Of a stretch of 64,000 nucleotides of DNA, positions 44,912 through 55,889 are shown in pieces; the stretch's first letter is position 1; each line of letters starts with the position of its first letter. Location: sequence record MW812342.1; one strand, given 5' to 3'. The translations under genes were made by a program, and so were the position numbers. The notes under the pieces are model-generated. The model was not told the DNA's origin. It worked only from the letters and a program-made list of their open reading frames with translations, and did no database searches.

Positions 44912-46690
44912 TTAAAACCCTTGTGCGTATTCTTCAGCAGGTTCGCTGTTTGCCACACGACGGTTAAACGCTTCCAACACATCATCCTTATCAGGTAACA
45001 GGAAGAAGGTATTGGCAATGTCCATGGCATTCACACGCCCGGCTGTCAGGTTCACACCGGTACGACGACGCACCTCTTCGGATACCCCATTGATGAACAG
45101 CAGTTCAAAGATGGTGGTTTCACGAGACTGGTTCATCATGTTGGTCGCGGAAGGATACGCCTGAGTTAAGTCCGCGTCCGCGGTTTGGCCACGGAAGGCA
45201 GAATAGAACTGCGGCAGCTCCTTCAAGACATCCAACCCGTTCTCGGCATTCATACACGCCGTTAACGTGACAATCCATCCGTCTGTCCCGATAACCTCCT
45301 CATCGTAGTTGTTACGCATCTCAGCGCCCACACTGCCCGCCACATAGCCCTGCGCTAACAGGTAATAGGTGAAGGCGATACAGATACGCTTCGGTAACGA
45401 TGGGAAGATGTCGTACATCGAGTAACCGGCCAAAATCGTTATCGCTGAGGAGAGGTCGTTGGTTTTCTTGTCCAACAACACAATCATCAGGTTATCGAAG
45501 ATGTTATAGACACAATACTCCAGCGGGAACTCTCGCTGGGCTTTTAAGTGCCAATCCAGTTTCTCTTCGTACGGCAGCCCCGGTATGTCAAGTTTGTTCA
45601 GCCCCAGCTCTGAATCCAGTATCGCATTCAGTTTATAGCTGGGTCGCTGACCTTCATGGACACGCAGGGAACGGAACAACACCATGGCATCCACACAGAA
45701 GAACGACGCCATGCAATACAAGACGTGCCACTGCTGACTCGGTGCTTTGGTGAGCGATTTGGACTCCGTCTTCTTCGACGCCAAATCTTTCTTGAACCAC
45801 ACTTTGCGATACTGCCGTGGAACATCCGGGTGACAGAATACGTCTTCCGGTTCGATACAACCACGCTCTAGCGCTTCCATCATACGTGTGATATCGAACT
45901 CGTGGTTCCATGCCACTAACAGGTCAGGCAGACGTGGGTGAATCTCTTCAAACATACGGACGATACATTGTGCCGAGTCCAAGCATTCGTAAGTGAAGAT
46001 TTTGTAATCAGCAATCACGTTCTTCACTTTGACTTCGACTTCGCCCGTCTTTTTATTTTTTTCTCTGAACTCAATCTTGCTCAGCAGTTCCTGCGCCTTG
46101 GCAACCAGACGGTCTTCCCAGTTCTTGCCGATGCGGGCCACGTAATCCTTCGTGCAGAACAGGTGAATTTCATCGTCCAGTACAAAGGACATGATCCACG
46201 GGTCACGCGACTTATCTTCTTCGCGCGTTTCTACGTCGTAGACGCAGATGCGGTTTGGGGTGGTACAGTCTTTGTACTTGGCCATGTATTTCTGTTTAAT
46301 CCAGCTGGTGACTGGTAAGTCTGCCAGATAAACAAAGGGGCTAGTACAGACCTGACGAAGACGCTTCTTCGGATCAGGGAAACGGGCACCCAGACCCATT
46401 TGCAATGTCTTGGCCATTAACGCATCGGTCGTCAACAATTCCTGACAACGCGACTTCAATTCGAACTCTTTCTTTTCCTTGTGGTTGCGGTACGGCTCTT
46501 GCGTCACGTACACCGGGCGCTTAACATTTTCACGCAGCTGAATGCGCGGAATAAGCCGTCCATCCTTAGTATGGATGACCTCTTTAATGAGGACTAAGTC
46601 GTTTTCCCCGCTGTCGTCAGTGGCATAAGCGACGTGCTTACACTCCTTCGCTATGACGTCCTCGGGACTGAAATACATGTTGGTTTCCAT
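44912..46690 (-). CDS. family-B DNA polymerase, 3'-5' exonuclease plus motif A subunit (phiKZ gp82-like)
   Basis: ExoI YDVET, ExoII AWNHEFD, ExoIII YNIFD, polymerase motif A DADLTQAYPS. Confidence 0.88.
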   Translation of the reverse strand: METNMYFSPEDVIAKECKHVAYATDDSGENDLVLIKEVIHTKDGRLIPRIQLRENVKRPVYVTQEPYRNHKEKKEFELKSRCQELLTTDALMAKTLQMGLGARFPDPKKRLRQVCTSPFVYLADLPVTSWIKQKYMAKYKDCTTPNRICVYDVETREEDKSRDPWIMSFVLDDEIHLFCTKDYVARIGKNWEDRLVAKAQELLSKIEFREKNKKTGEVEVKVKNVIADYKIFTYECLDSAQCIVRMFEEIHPRLPDLLVAWNHEFDITRMMEALERGCIEPEDVFCHPDVPRQYRKVWFKKDLASKKTESKSLTKAPSQQWHVLYCMASFFCVDAMVLFRSLRVHEGQRPSYKLNAILDSELGLNKLDIPGLPYEEKLDWHLKAQREFPLEYCVYNIFDNLMIVLLDKKTNDLSSAITILAGYSMYDIFPSLPKRICIAFTYYLLAQGYVAGSVGAEMRNNYDEEVIGTDGWIVTLTACMNAENGLDVLKELPQFYSAFRGQTADADLTQAYPSATNMMNQSRETTIFELLFINGVSEEVRRRTGVNLTAGRVNAMDIANTFFLLPDKDDVLEAFNRRVANSEPAEEYAQGF

Positions 46691-46762
46691 CGGTTCTCTC
46701 TCATCGATCCGCCTCTATATTGATCGGTGGTGACGTAAAAACTTTTTAAAGGAACGTCTGAT

Positions 46763-48121
46763 ATGGGCTACTGGTCTAAGCACGCTCAAAGCGTGAAAGA
46801 ACTCAAGCGTGTTGCCGCTGAGTCAATTAAGTTTCAAGATAAGAAAAAACTGGCATCACTCGCCGATATCGTTGCTAAGTTCCAAGCTGCTGGGGATTTC
46901 ACCGTGGCGGCATACGACACCTCCGGCATCAAAGAGTGGATTCAGAAAAACCACGGCATCGGTGTGACCTTCACAAACGGTGCAGAGCTGGGTCTGGAGT
47001 CTGAGCTGTTTGCGGCCATCCAACCGCCACAGATTGATGCCAATAACCCGATCGTGGCGCAGTTCCACCGCGTGGTGTATCAGGGTAACAAAGACCTTGA
47101 CCTGTACAGCAAGTTTATCAAAGACAACGAACTGAACGGTGAGTTTGATGATAACAACGCGATACTGAAAGGCGACCTGTCAAGAATCACCTCGCCGTTG
47201 TACGTGACCCCGCCGATTTTCAACGGCCGTGCTGAACTGACCTCGTATGAAATCGCGGCCATCATTCTGCACGAAGTGGGACACGTCTACTATTACCTGC
47301 GCACGCTGATGCGTGGCGTGATAGTGAACCTGTTGGCGGATGCCGCGGCAAACCGCATGATGGAGATGGATTCACCGCAGGAGAAACTGCGCGTAGTCAA
47401 AGACGTTGAACGTATCCTCGATACGAAAATCAATCAGCCGGAGACTATCTGTGATTCGTTCAAGAAAGAAAACATCTACATGCACCTTGTTACGCAGACT
47501 CTCCTTGAACGCCCGAACGTCACCGGCGGTAAAGGGTTTGGTAACCGTAGCTGGGAACGTGCTGCCGATGACTTCTCTGCCCGCATGGGTGCTGCGCCTT
47601 ACCTTGCGTCCGCGCTCTACAAGATGGAAATGAGCCAGTGGTGGATTCTGCGCCATAACTCGTACACCAACATCTATACACACCTGTTTGGCGAACTGCT
47701 GAATATGGCGGTGCTGATTGTCGGTGCAACTACGCCATTCGGTATTGTGTATGCCTCGGTCATGGTGGCCTTCGGGTTAATCATCAACGACCCCGAAAAC
47801 ACCATCTACGATCCACCGCAGGAACGCTTCGAAACGCTGCGTCGCAATCTGGTCGAGGAACTGAACGTTCTCAAAGGGTTGAACACCAAAGCAGCCAACG
47901 AACAGCGTCAGCGTTGTTTGGACGGGATTGCCGGGCTTGACCAGATTCTGAAGACGGTCAAGGATAAAGATAACATCTATGCCTTCATCATGAAAACCCT
48001 GACACCTGCGGGTCGTAAGGAACGCGCTGCGGTAGATTACCAGCGCACCCTCGAAGGCTATATGTCCAACGACCTGCGTGTTGCCTCTGCGAAAATGTCC
48101 CAGCTGGCCAACGCTAAATAA
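46763..48121 (+). CDS. virion head protein with HExxH zincin-like motif (phiKZ gp84-like position)
   Basis: ILHEVGH...ERAADDFS; N-terminal AAE-S putative maturation site. Confidence 0.65.
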   Translation: MGYWSKHAQSVKELKRVAAESIKFQDKKKLASLADIVAKFQAAGDFTVAAYDTSGIKEWIQKNHGIGVTFTNGAELGLESELFAAIQPPQIDANNPIVAQFHRVVYQGNKDLDLYSKFIKDNELNGEFDDNNAILKGDLSRITSPLYVTPPIFNGRAELTSYEIAAIILHEVGHVYYYLRTLMRGVIVNLLADAAANRMMEMDSPQEKLRVVKDVERILDTKINQPETICDSFKKENIYMHLVTQTLLERPNVTGGKGFGNRSWERAADDFSARMGAAPYLASALYKMEMSQWWILRHNSYTNIYTHLFGELLNMAVLIVGATTPFGIVYASVMVAFGLIINDPENTIYDPPQERFETLRRNLVEELNVLKGLNTKAANEQRQRCLDGIAGLDQILKTVKDKDNIYAFIMKTLTPAGRKERAAVDYQRTLEGYMSNDLRVASAKMSQLANAK

Positions 48122-48145
48122 CTTGATTACTGACAAGGTAAAATC

Positions 48146-48586
48146 ATGACGCATAAACTTTCTCTGAATTCCCTCGTGCTCGACTTTAAACGCGACAACG
48201 AAGGGAAAGGTGTGCAGGGCTCACAAGCACTGACCGCACTGGTGGCCTTCACGCTGGCGTACTCTGTCCGTCTGCCAGACAACGGCGCGTACGGCTCGGC
48301 AGAAGCCGCACAAGCGTTCCTCGTGCCTATCATGAAGAACATTGTGTCCGACGTGAACGAGCTGTACTGCGTTGACCTCGGCACCGTGCTGGACTTGACC
48401 TCTGCGCTGTACTGCAACCGCTACGACAACGTCTGGGGTGGTCGCCGTGCATTGGAAGCGTTCTCACCGAAAGCCGTCATTGACGAAGCGTACGGTGTTG
48501 ATTGCTACCCGACCGTTCAACTGTGGGCTGAGCGTTTCTTCGAAACCGTTGGCTTCTACATCAGCGAAACAACTCAGAAGGCGTAA
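48146..48586 (+). CDS. hypothetical protein
   Basis: 146 aa, AAGGT SD. Confidence 0.7.
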   Translation: MTHKLSLNSLVLDFKRDNEGKGVQGSQALTALVAFTLAYSVRLPDNGAYGSAEAAQAFLVPIMKNIVSDVNELYCVDLGTVLDLTSALYCNRYDNVWGGRRALEAFSPKAVIDEAYGVDCYPTVQLWAERFFETVGFYISETTQKA

Positions 48587-48589
48587 ACC

Positions 48590-50347
48590 ATGACCAGCAT
48601 GACCGAAGTAGGTGGGCTGGTCTCTACCGCCCCACAGTGGCGTCTCGGTGAAATGGGCAACCTGCTCCAGGAGCACATGAACCACAAGATTAGCAGTCTT
48701 GACCAGCTAAACTTGTACATGCAGCGTAACGATGCAGACCTGCTTTACGGCAGCCGTATCCTTGCGCAGGTTGAAGCCATTCTGGAAGATGTTCGTCGGC
48801 ACGGGATTTCACGCGACCTTGCGGTGGCTGTGGAATCAACCCGTCCGGGTACCATTCCAAAGAACGTGCAGAAAATCCTGACCTCGAACTATACCGGTAC
48901 CCACCAACGGGAAACGGTTGCGGCGTTAGAGTCGTGGAAAGAAGCCGGACGCATGGGCCTGATTATTCTGGTGCTGACCGCCATCCTGAAAATCATCAGT
49001 TGGATTGTGGAATCGGGCAAAGGGTATAAAGGTAACACCAACGCGAAAACCGCGGCCGACAAAGTCGAGGAATACAAAACCAAGACTGACGAGAAATGGC
49101 AAGCTGCTGCCGAAGCACCCCCTCCGGCTCCGAAGTCCGTTAAACCGGATGACTGGAAGCGGGAGTACGAGTCTCTGGCAGATACCCTGTCTTGCGCGTC
49201 TGTCAAAGCTGCGTACCTCGATGCCACCAAAGAGCTGTCCAGTCGCAGTCTGTCGCAACTGACCGCCGCTGCCCTGCGTTACGATGCGCTGATTAAGAAC
49301 GCGAACGCGGGCGACTACGTGGACACAGTGACAGCCGTTTCCGGCCGTAACCCGATTGTTCCGCTGTTGAAAGACGTGGCGTCTGGTGAGAAAGGGGCGG
49401 GGTCGGTTGGTGGGTTAGTCGCTGAACTGCTGCGCATGAATGTGTCGGAAGGTATCTTCACGCCACAGGCGGCGGCGAAGGCGTACTCGTTGCTGCCAAA
49501 AGGCATGCACGAAGCCGGTGTACGTATCCCTAACGAATCCGTCTTCCGCATGATGGCGAACCGTGCCCCAGAGCTGAACAACTTCTTCCAGTCCGCTGGT
49601 AAAGGGTTTGATGCACTGTCCTCGATGATGTCGCAGAAACACGAACAGAACCAGTGGAATGACAACGACCTGCATAAGCCGGGTACCGAGTTTGCCCACG
49701 CGATGCGTTTCCTGAACGACTACCTTGCCACGGTGATTCCGGTGGTCAAAGGCGGGAAGTTTACTGCGGAAACCTCGCCGACCATCGCGGTCGTAGGTAC
49801 ACTGTCAGGCGGGGGCTTAATCGGTTACGACGAACCCACTGAGTTCCTCGGCAACACGGTGTTGGTGTGCGCGCAGTATGGCGCTTATCTGAACAGCAGC
49901 TTCCTTTCTTCCTACACAGAACGTCGTGGGTTGAATGATGACGAAGCGGGCGGGGTCTTGCAGGCGTTGGTGGTTATGGCGAACGGACTGTCAACCAACA
50001 GCGGCGTCACGAACTTCAACGCGTACAGCAAAATGGAAGGTGAAGTGAAAACCCTCATCGACCGTATTCAGGCGTGGGAGAAGTCCATGTCCCGCAGTCG
50101 TGAAGGTGCGCATGCGTTGCAGGTGATTGGCGCGGGCCTGCTTAGCGTGATGATGGAAGAACGTTCCGACAGCCTGAACATGGGCCGCGAACTGTCAGCG
50201 GATTACAAAGACCAAAGCTCCGGGGATTTCTGGATGGGTCTGCGTAAGAACCTGAACTACATCCGCCGCATCTGCATGGGTACGGTTGGGATGCAGAACA
50301 TCATCAGTAAGAGCCAGAACAACCCGTTCATCAAAGGTAAAAATTAA
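48590..50347 (+). CDS. putative virion head/ejection protein (phiKZ gp86-like position)
   Basis: 585 aa, AVE-S and ALE-SW putative prohead protease sites followed by a hydrophobic helix. Confidence 0.65.
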   Translation: MTSMTEVGGLVSTAPQWRLGEMGNLLQEHMNHKISSLDQLNLYMQRNDADLLYGSRILAQVEAILEDVRRHGISRDLAVAVESTRPGTIPKNVQKILTSNYTGTHQRETVAALESWKEAGRMGLIILVLTAILKIISWIVESGKGYKGNTNAKTAADKVEEYKTKTDEKWQAAAEAPPPAPKSVKPDDWKREYESLADTLSCASVKAAYLDATKELSSRSLSQLTAAALRYDALIKNANAGDYVDTVTAVSGRNPIVPLLKDVASGEKGAGSVGGLVAELLRMNVSEGIFTPQAAAKAYSLLPKGMHEAGVRIPNESVFRMMANRAPELNNFFQSAGKGFDALSSMMSQKHEQNQWNDNDLHKPGTEFAHAMRFLNDYLATVIPVVKGGKFTAETSPTIAVVGTLSGGGLIGYDEPTEFLGNTVLVCAQYGAYLNSSFLSSYTERRGLNDDEAGGVLQALVVMANGLSTNSGVTNFNAYSKMEGEVKTLIDRIQAWEKSMSRSREGAHALQVIGAGLLSVMMEERSDSLNMGRELSADYKDQSSGDFWMGLRKNLNYIRRICMGTVGMQNIISKSQNNPFIKGKN

Positions 50348-50392
50348 AATAAAAGACCTACTCTCCTTCGGGAGAGTAGGCTTTCTTTTTTT
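50348..50392. terminator. bidirectional terminator
   Basis: CCTACTCTCC-TTCG-GGAGAGTAGG with A/T runs. Confidence 0.75.
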
Positions 50393-53339
50393 ATACCGGT
50401 GCAGTGTCGTGACGGTTGTAGCTTGCAACAATGTCGTCTTTGAGACCGACACGGCCGTTAGCTTCAATCACCATCTTCTTACCGACAGTGACCTGCGTGG
50501 CATCGGACATGACCGTGAACAGACGCATGTCCTGGTCTGGCCCCATCCCACCAACCACAACCCCCAAGATAGTGTCCTTCAACGCATCTTGCAGGGCTTC
50601 ACCCAACGCCACCGCAGACACGGTGCTGTTTTTAATCAGGTACTGACTGATAACCTCAGAGGTCTTCTTCTGAATCGCTTTAATCAGGTCAGCATTCTGA
50701 CGGTTCACCGCAGTCAGGTAATAGCTTACCGTGAACTGTTGCTCGGCCGGGATTGGGGTGATGGCCCCGTTCTCCGTACGCGCGTCGATGTAACCCATGG
50801 TGGTGATGGGCACGAAGTACGCATCCGTACGTTCCAACAACAGCGGGGTCAGCTGCGGCATGTTCACCGTGATTTGATTGATCATGTAATCAATCACCGA
50901 TTGACGGTACGCCACCACTTCATCGCTGTCCGCAAACAGATAACGGGCATCGAAGACCGCCATCTCGTTACGGAACCGGATGCTGCGAGGACGGTCAATC
51001 ACGGAGTTACCGTCACTGTCCTTCACTAACGTTCCTTTCTCGTGCAACACTTCCTGCACCCCATTCGCGTCAAGTACCGGGTCACCTTTACGGTGGAGGT
51101 ACGTTAACTGCAACGGCGGTGTTTTGCTCTCGTCGTACGTGTACTCCGGCACACCCCGTTCGTTCGTCTTCACCACATCCGCGTCGTAGAACTTCAGCAC
51201 ATCGGCTTCGTAATACTTGTAGTTGATACTGTCGGTGATAGGACGGGCTTTGCGCCAGTATGCGGTTAAGGCTTTCCCCAGCTCGATTTTGAAAATCTCA
51301 TGGGTAATACCAATCGCATCACGGGACGGCGCAACAATCAGGGTGTCCATGTTCGCCCGTTCGTAGTTCTTCGGATAGTACCCCGTGCAGCCGTAGAAGA
51401 TGTTGAAGTCCTCAGTCAGGCTGACCGGAATATTCACCGTCGATGACGACGTGGTGCGGGTGTTGGTGATAATCATCTCATCGTTACGGTCAACGTCAAG
51501 ATTGGTCTCCAACAGGAACTCCCACACGCGCTCGCTGCCCTGTTTACCGACGAGAGTACCCTGAACCCATGCGAGGCTTTCAGAGTTACGCGGCTGGAAG
51601 GAGAGCTGGGCAAACACCTGACCGTCGTCAAGGGCTTGGTACGGCGATTCGGATTTCGTCACCGTGCGCAACACGTAACCTTGGTCAGTCATCAGAATCT
51701 GGTAGTCGTCAGTGACCACGCTCAGTTCTGTGGTGATGTTAGTGCTGATGAAACGCTTCGACACGAGGCTTGGGCGGTCAAGCTGGTAGATACGCACGTC
51801 GATGGAGTTGTTGTTGATGTCCAGCACGTAGTGGAACGGTGTGAAGAGGTAGGAACCGCTGTTCCCCACATTCACCAAGTCCTCTTTACGCATGGTCTTC
51901 AACAGCTCAGTCATCGTGGTTTCCACTGACAATGAACTGCCATCGAACTTGTACAGCGTGTTAGGCAGCACCGTCATTCGGTTATCGTTGATGCGCACCG
52001 TCGAGAGGTTCGACAACTCATCCCAACTGAAGTAGAGGGCCGAGGTTACCGAGCCAATCGGCGAGCTGACGTTCTTCAGCGTGGAAACCGGCAACGGCGC
52101 TGACATCAGATACGTACGACTGGTAACGTAGTCGATAGCGTTCTGGAGTGTCAGGTTGAAGTCGGCCGCCACGGCAGTCAGCTGCTTCTCCGTAATCGGC
52201 GCTTGTCGTAAGCCCACGGCGTTGTTCACCACACGGTCACGCAGTTCGGTAAACGGCAACTCTGCACGCCCCCCGCTAGTCACACCCACACCACTCTCTG
52301 CCACAATCTGGAAGATAGAGAAGTTGCGCAGGGGGTTCACGTACGAAGCGTCGTACTCCCCGTTCAGGTCACGGAAGTCCCACGAGAACTGGTCAGTGGC
52401 GTAACTGGACAAGTCCACGTTCAACACACCCATGGTGGTGTAGACATCCATACGCACCTCTCCTGATACCAGACCGGTGGTCAAGTAAATAGAAGGGATG
52501 GTACAACGGATGTTCTGACCCACAACCTGGATGACTGCGGTCGCCACATTCGGGTCGTACACGTCACGGCTGTGCGTGTGCGGAATCTCCACCCAACCGG
52601 TACCGGCAGCATCACGTTGCCAGACGCGGGCGTAGAAGAAGCTGTTGGTAAAGCTTCGGGTAATTTGCAGTTCGTTTGTCCCGACGGTGGTGTCGGTATG
52701 ACTCTTGACATCGTACTGCTTCACCGGAATCTTGATACGCAACAGAATCGAGTTAGTGGTAGGTGATGAACCCAAATCCCACTCCAGTGCGTTGGTGGAG
52801 ACCGGCGAGATTGGTGACTGTGTCTCGGTAATCCACAGCACCTCGAACGCCGGGTTGTCCGGTGTCCCGTAAGGCAGCACACGAATCTCAATCGGGTATT
52901 GAATCGAGAAGGTGTAGCCCGACACTTTGAAGACGGTGTCACGCGGGATAACCAGTTTTCGTACACCGGCGTAGACCAATGGCATGGCTTTGCTCAGTAA
53001 CGAATCCACATCGATAATCAACTGGAGTTCGGTGCCCGACGGTTGCGAGAACACATCGACGTAGTCCACATCCGACATATGGCGGAAGAGGTCGTCCATG
53101 GTCTGGGCCTGAGACGGGTATGTTTTCGGTACGGTCGCCCGACACCCTTCAATCGCTGTGTGTGACAACATCACGCTGGCTTCGGCTAAGAAGACCACCG
53201 GGTCAGTTGGGCTGCGAAGGGTAATCGAGGCGGCGTTGTCGCTGACGTTTTGGAGCTGCTTTAATAACAGCGTCTGCATCGCGGCGGGGTTATGCGCCAA
53301 CAGCAACATATTCGATGCCAGCTTATCATAAGTGTCCAT
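50391..53339 (-). CDS. large virion baseplate/tail protein (phiKZ gp87-like)
   Basis: 982 aa, beta-rich, PTDPVVFLAE near the N-terminus resembling baseplate wedge proteins; synteny. Confidence 0.65.
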   Translation of the reverse strand: MDTYDKLASNMLLLAHNPAAMQTLLLKQLQNVSDNAASITLRSPTDPVVFLAEASVMLSHTAIEGCRATVPKTYPSQAQTMDDLFRHMSDVDYVDVFSQPSGTELQLIIDVDSLLSKAMPLVYAGVRKLVIPRDTVFKVSGYTFSIQYPIEIRVLPYGTPDNPAFEVLWITETQSPISPVSTNALEWDLGSSPTTNSILLRIKIPVKQYDVKSHTDTTVGTNELQITRSFTNSFFYARVWQRDAAGTGWVEIPHTHSRDVYDPNVATAVIQVVGQNIRCTIPSIYLTTGLVSGEVRMDVYTTMGVLNVDLSSYATDQFSWDFRDLNGEYDASYVNPLRNFSIFQIVAESGVGVTSGGRAELPFTELRDRVVNNAVGLRQAPITEKQLTAVAADFNLTLQNAIDYVTSRTYLMSAPLPVSTLKNVSSPIGSVTSALYFSWDELSNLSTVRINDNRMTVLPNTLYKFDGSSLSVETTMTELLKTMRKEDLVNVGNSGSYLFTPFHYVLDINNNSIDVRIYQLDRPSLVSKRFISTNITTELSVVTDDYQILMTDQGYVLRTVTKSESPYQALDDGQVFAQLSFQPRNSESLAWVQGTLVGKQGSERVWEFLLETNLDVDRNDEMIITNTRTTSSSTVNIPVSLTEDFNIFYGCTGYYPKNYERANMDTLIVAPSRDAIGITHEIFKIELGKALTAYWRKARPITDSINYKYYEADVLKFYDADVVKTNERGVPEYTYDESKTPPLQLTYLHRKGDPVLDANGVQEVLHEKGTLVKDSDGNSVIDRPRSIRFRNEMAVFDARYLFADSDEVVAYRQSVIDYMINQITVNMPQLTPLLLERTDAYFVPITTMGYIDARTENGAITPIPAEQQFTVSYYLTAVNRQNADLIKAIQKKTSEVISQYLIKNSTVSAVALGEALQDALKDTILGVVVGGMGPDQDMRLFTVMSDATQVTVGKKMVIEANGRVGLKDDIVASYNRHDTAPV

Positions 53340-54607
53340 CAGATGAGACCTGCCCTTTTCAGAATGCGTTGGTAATCAGATTGGTACACCCACCACGTCA
53401 GTTTCCGGCGCACCGGGTCGATGTGAGGGTATCCGTAATAGTTGAACAGCGGGAGGAACTGCGGAATGACCTGCACCAATTGGTCACGGGCCGTCGGTAC
53501 GAAGTTACCGGTTTGCAGGCTCTCCGGGGTCGGCGACATATCCGGGTTAAAGTAAGACACGGTCGCGTTAAACATCTCCATGTAGAGCGGGTCATCGTAG
53601 CGGGCCCCGATACACTGCCACTGCAACGTGATGTTGGTGTCGTCGTTGCTCATGGGTTTGGAGTTGTCCACCTGTGCTTGCTGCCCGGCGTTGTTGTTCA
53701 TCGGCCACGCCACACACGCTGTCCAGAAGCGGGTGATGTTCCCCATGGGGTCGTATTTCATCCCGTACATGCGGGTTTGGTAGTCAATACGCCGTTGAAT
53801 CGAGTTACGAATCTTGGGCATGAACTGACCACGACGCACCCCTGACATGTATTCCAGCCACACACTGGCCATGCGCATGATCGCATTACCGTATGGGTTG
53901 GTTAATGTAGAGGACATGGTGTAGCCATAGTTCACAAGGTTCGTGGAATCGACCATCCCCCACTGTTCACGCAACAACCCTTCGTCCGACATCCAGTTAT
54001 CCACAGACTCATCCGGCATCCCCGACAAGCTAATCAGCTGTGTGGAAAGCAATGGTATGAAAGCCTGTAAATTATCGAAGGGGATATCGGGCAGGAACGG
54101 GGTTCCCAACCGGTTCTTTCGTAATCCCCTTGCGGTAAACGGCGAGTCGGAAAACCCCAGTTCGAAATCAGGGTCGAGGGCTGCCAGAATCGAATAGTCG
54201 AGAGACGACTTCGGCTGCATTGCCATGTTTGACATGCGGCGTGAATTCGAAATGTTGTCGTAGCTAAGGTTAAAATCCGGTCGGGTAAAGAAGGTCATCC
54301 CCCCGTACTCCCGGTTCACCGGCACGGGGTTGTTGGCCATCATATGGTTGAACCCCATCAAGGGGTTGGTCATACGCTGCGCAGCGATACCTAGACCGAC
54401 TGACAAGCGAATGCGGTCTGCCCACACGGATAACTCGTCATCGAAACTCTTCTTTTGAGTGGGAGCTGTCGATGAAGAACGACCGTCAATGTAACCCGCT
54501 AACGAGGGAACGGCATCGGAATTGTTCGGGTTTGGGACGGTATAGTCGATATCCGTATTAGGGTCGTAACCGGGATCTGTATTCTTCTTTTCAGTCTCGT
54601 CACTCAT
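53339..54607 (-). CDS. virion structural protein (phiKZ gp88-like, tail-tube/hub-type)
   Basis: 422 aa; MTFFTRPDFNL and tube-like beta motifs; coupled to the previous gene. Confidence 0.6.
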   Translation of the reverse strand: MSDETEKKNTDPGYDPNTDIDYTVPNPNNSDAVPSLAGYIDGRSSSTAPTQKKSFDDELSVWADRIRLSVGLGIAAQRMTNPLMGFNHMMANNPVPVNREYGGMTFFTRPDFNLSYDNISNSRRMSNMAMQPKSSLDYSILAALDPDFELGFSDSPFTARGLRKNRLGTPFLPDIPFDNLQAFIPLLSTQLISLSGMPDESVDNWMSDEGLLREQWGMVDSTNLVNYGYTMSSTLTNPYGNAIMRMASVWLEYMSGVRRGQFMPKIRNSIQRRIDYQTRMYGMKYDPMGNITRFWTACVAWPMNNNAGQQAQVDNSKPMSNDDTNITLQWQCIGARYDDPLYMEMFNATVSYFNPDMSPTPESLQTGNFVPTARDQLVQVIPQFLPLFNYYGYPHIDPVRRKLTWWVYQSDYQRILKRAGLI

Positions 54608-54636
54608 GAAATTTTTACTCCGGAGTAAAGTATAAA

Positions 54637-55878
54637 ATGGCAGAAAAAACTGTTGAGACGAGTGTCATCTCGTTTCTCTCTAAATTCCCAGACCTGTTTC
54701 GGCAGCGTGCCGACTCGCTGGAAGAGTTCAACCAGATTCTGTATAACGAATACACTACGCTTGTTGAACAGTCGCTGTTAGGCGTTGATTACCTGCCGGG
54801 CATTCTGGATAAATTGCAGATACTGCTGGCCGCTAACCAATTAACTGCCATCTCCCTGCTGATTGGCGTGCCTGAGGTGGATGTTATTGGAACGCTGGAC
54901 AAAATCTCCACGCGCCGTAGCTCCCTCGATGCCGCCGCCCGCAGCGGTTCCCGTCTGGCCACAATGGCTATCGGCGAACGCCGGGGTCGCTTTGGTTTAC
55001 CGTCATACGATAGCCTCGCCATCGCAGTAGGCGAATCAAGCCGTCGTGGTAGCCGTCCGATGAACCAGAACAACCAGTTCAACGGCAACACGGACATCAC
55101 CAACAACAATAACAACAGCCACACTGAAAACTTCAACTCGACCACTAACAACTACGACAGCAAAGCGGGCAAAGTGGCCTCTACGCTGCCGTCCAACTTC
55201 ATGAAGCAGATGATGGAGCAGGAAGGGTTGGCAGGCGGTAAAGTGTTCAATGCGACCTTTGAGCGTAACGGGAACAAAACCGATGTGCCGATGCGTCTGC
55301 GCCTCGATGTGAAGTCTGTGCCGACGGACGGTATGGAAACCCTGATTGCGTTTGCCTCCGAACAGAAAGACTTCTGGGAGCGTTACATCCGTCTGCAACA
55401 CAAAGGCGATCGTAACGGGGGCTGGCTGGATAAACTGGCGGCCGCTAAAGACCTCGCGTTCTCCAACGACCTGATGGAAGAGTACCGTAAGAACCGCTAC
55501 CGCGATAAGACGGGCTATTACACCAAGATGATGGAGAAGCGCAACGGTAACTGGCTGTCTGGCCTGCTGACCCTGTCGCCGTCTATCAATAACGCCTCAG
55601 GCGTGATGGTGGTGTCTCAGGAAACCATCGACGGTCTGGAAGCGCAGCTCGGCGGTAGCTTCGAAGACTTCAACGTGCGTCAGCGCGTGTTCCAGGATAC
55701 CCTGACGGTGTACTACGTCGTCGTGGACACAACGTGGAACCGTGTGACCATTTACACCCGTGGCCTGAACGGCTCGCAGGAACTGGATAAGTCTGACTTC
55801 TCCAAATCGAAATCTGGTGCGGCTGATGTGAACAAAATCATCGAAGCCTACCGCTCTGGCGCACAGCCGGTTCTTTAA
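54637..55878 (+). CDS. virion head/inner-body protein (phiKZ gp89-like)
   Basis: 413 aa, AIGE and AVGE-S sites, Asn-rich linker; synteny. Confidence 0.65.
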   Translation: MAEKTVETSVISFLSKFPDLFRQRADSLEEFNQILYNEYTTLVEQSLLGVDYLPGILDKLQILLAANQLTAISLLIGVPEVDVIGTLDKISTRRSSLDAAARSGSRLATMAIGERRGRFGLPSYDSLAIAVGESSRRGSRPMNQNNQFNGNTDITNNNNNSHTENFNSTTNNYDSKAGKVASTLPSNFMKQMMEQEGLAGGKVFNATFERNGNKTDVPMRLRLDVKSVPTDGMETLIAFASEQKDFWERYIRLQHKGDRNGGWLDKLAAAKDLAFSNDLMEEYRKNRYRDKTGYYTKMMEKRNGNWLSGLLTLSPSINNASGVMVVSQETIDGLEAQLGGSFEDFNVRQRVFQDTLTVYYVVVDTTWNRVTIYTRGLNGSQELDKSDFSKSKSGAADVNKIIEAYRSGAQPVL

Positions 55879-55889
55879 GGGGTTTAGCA

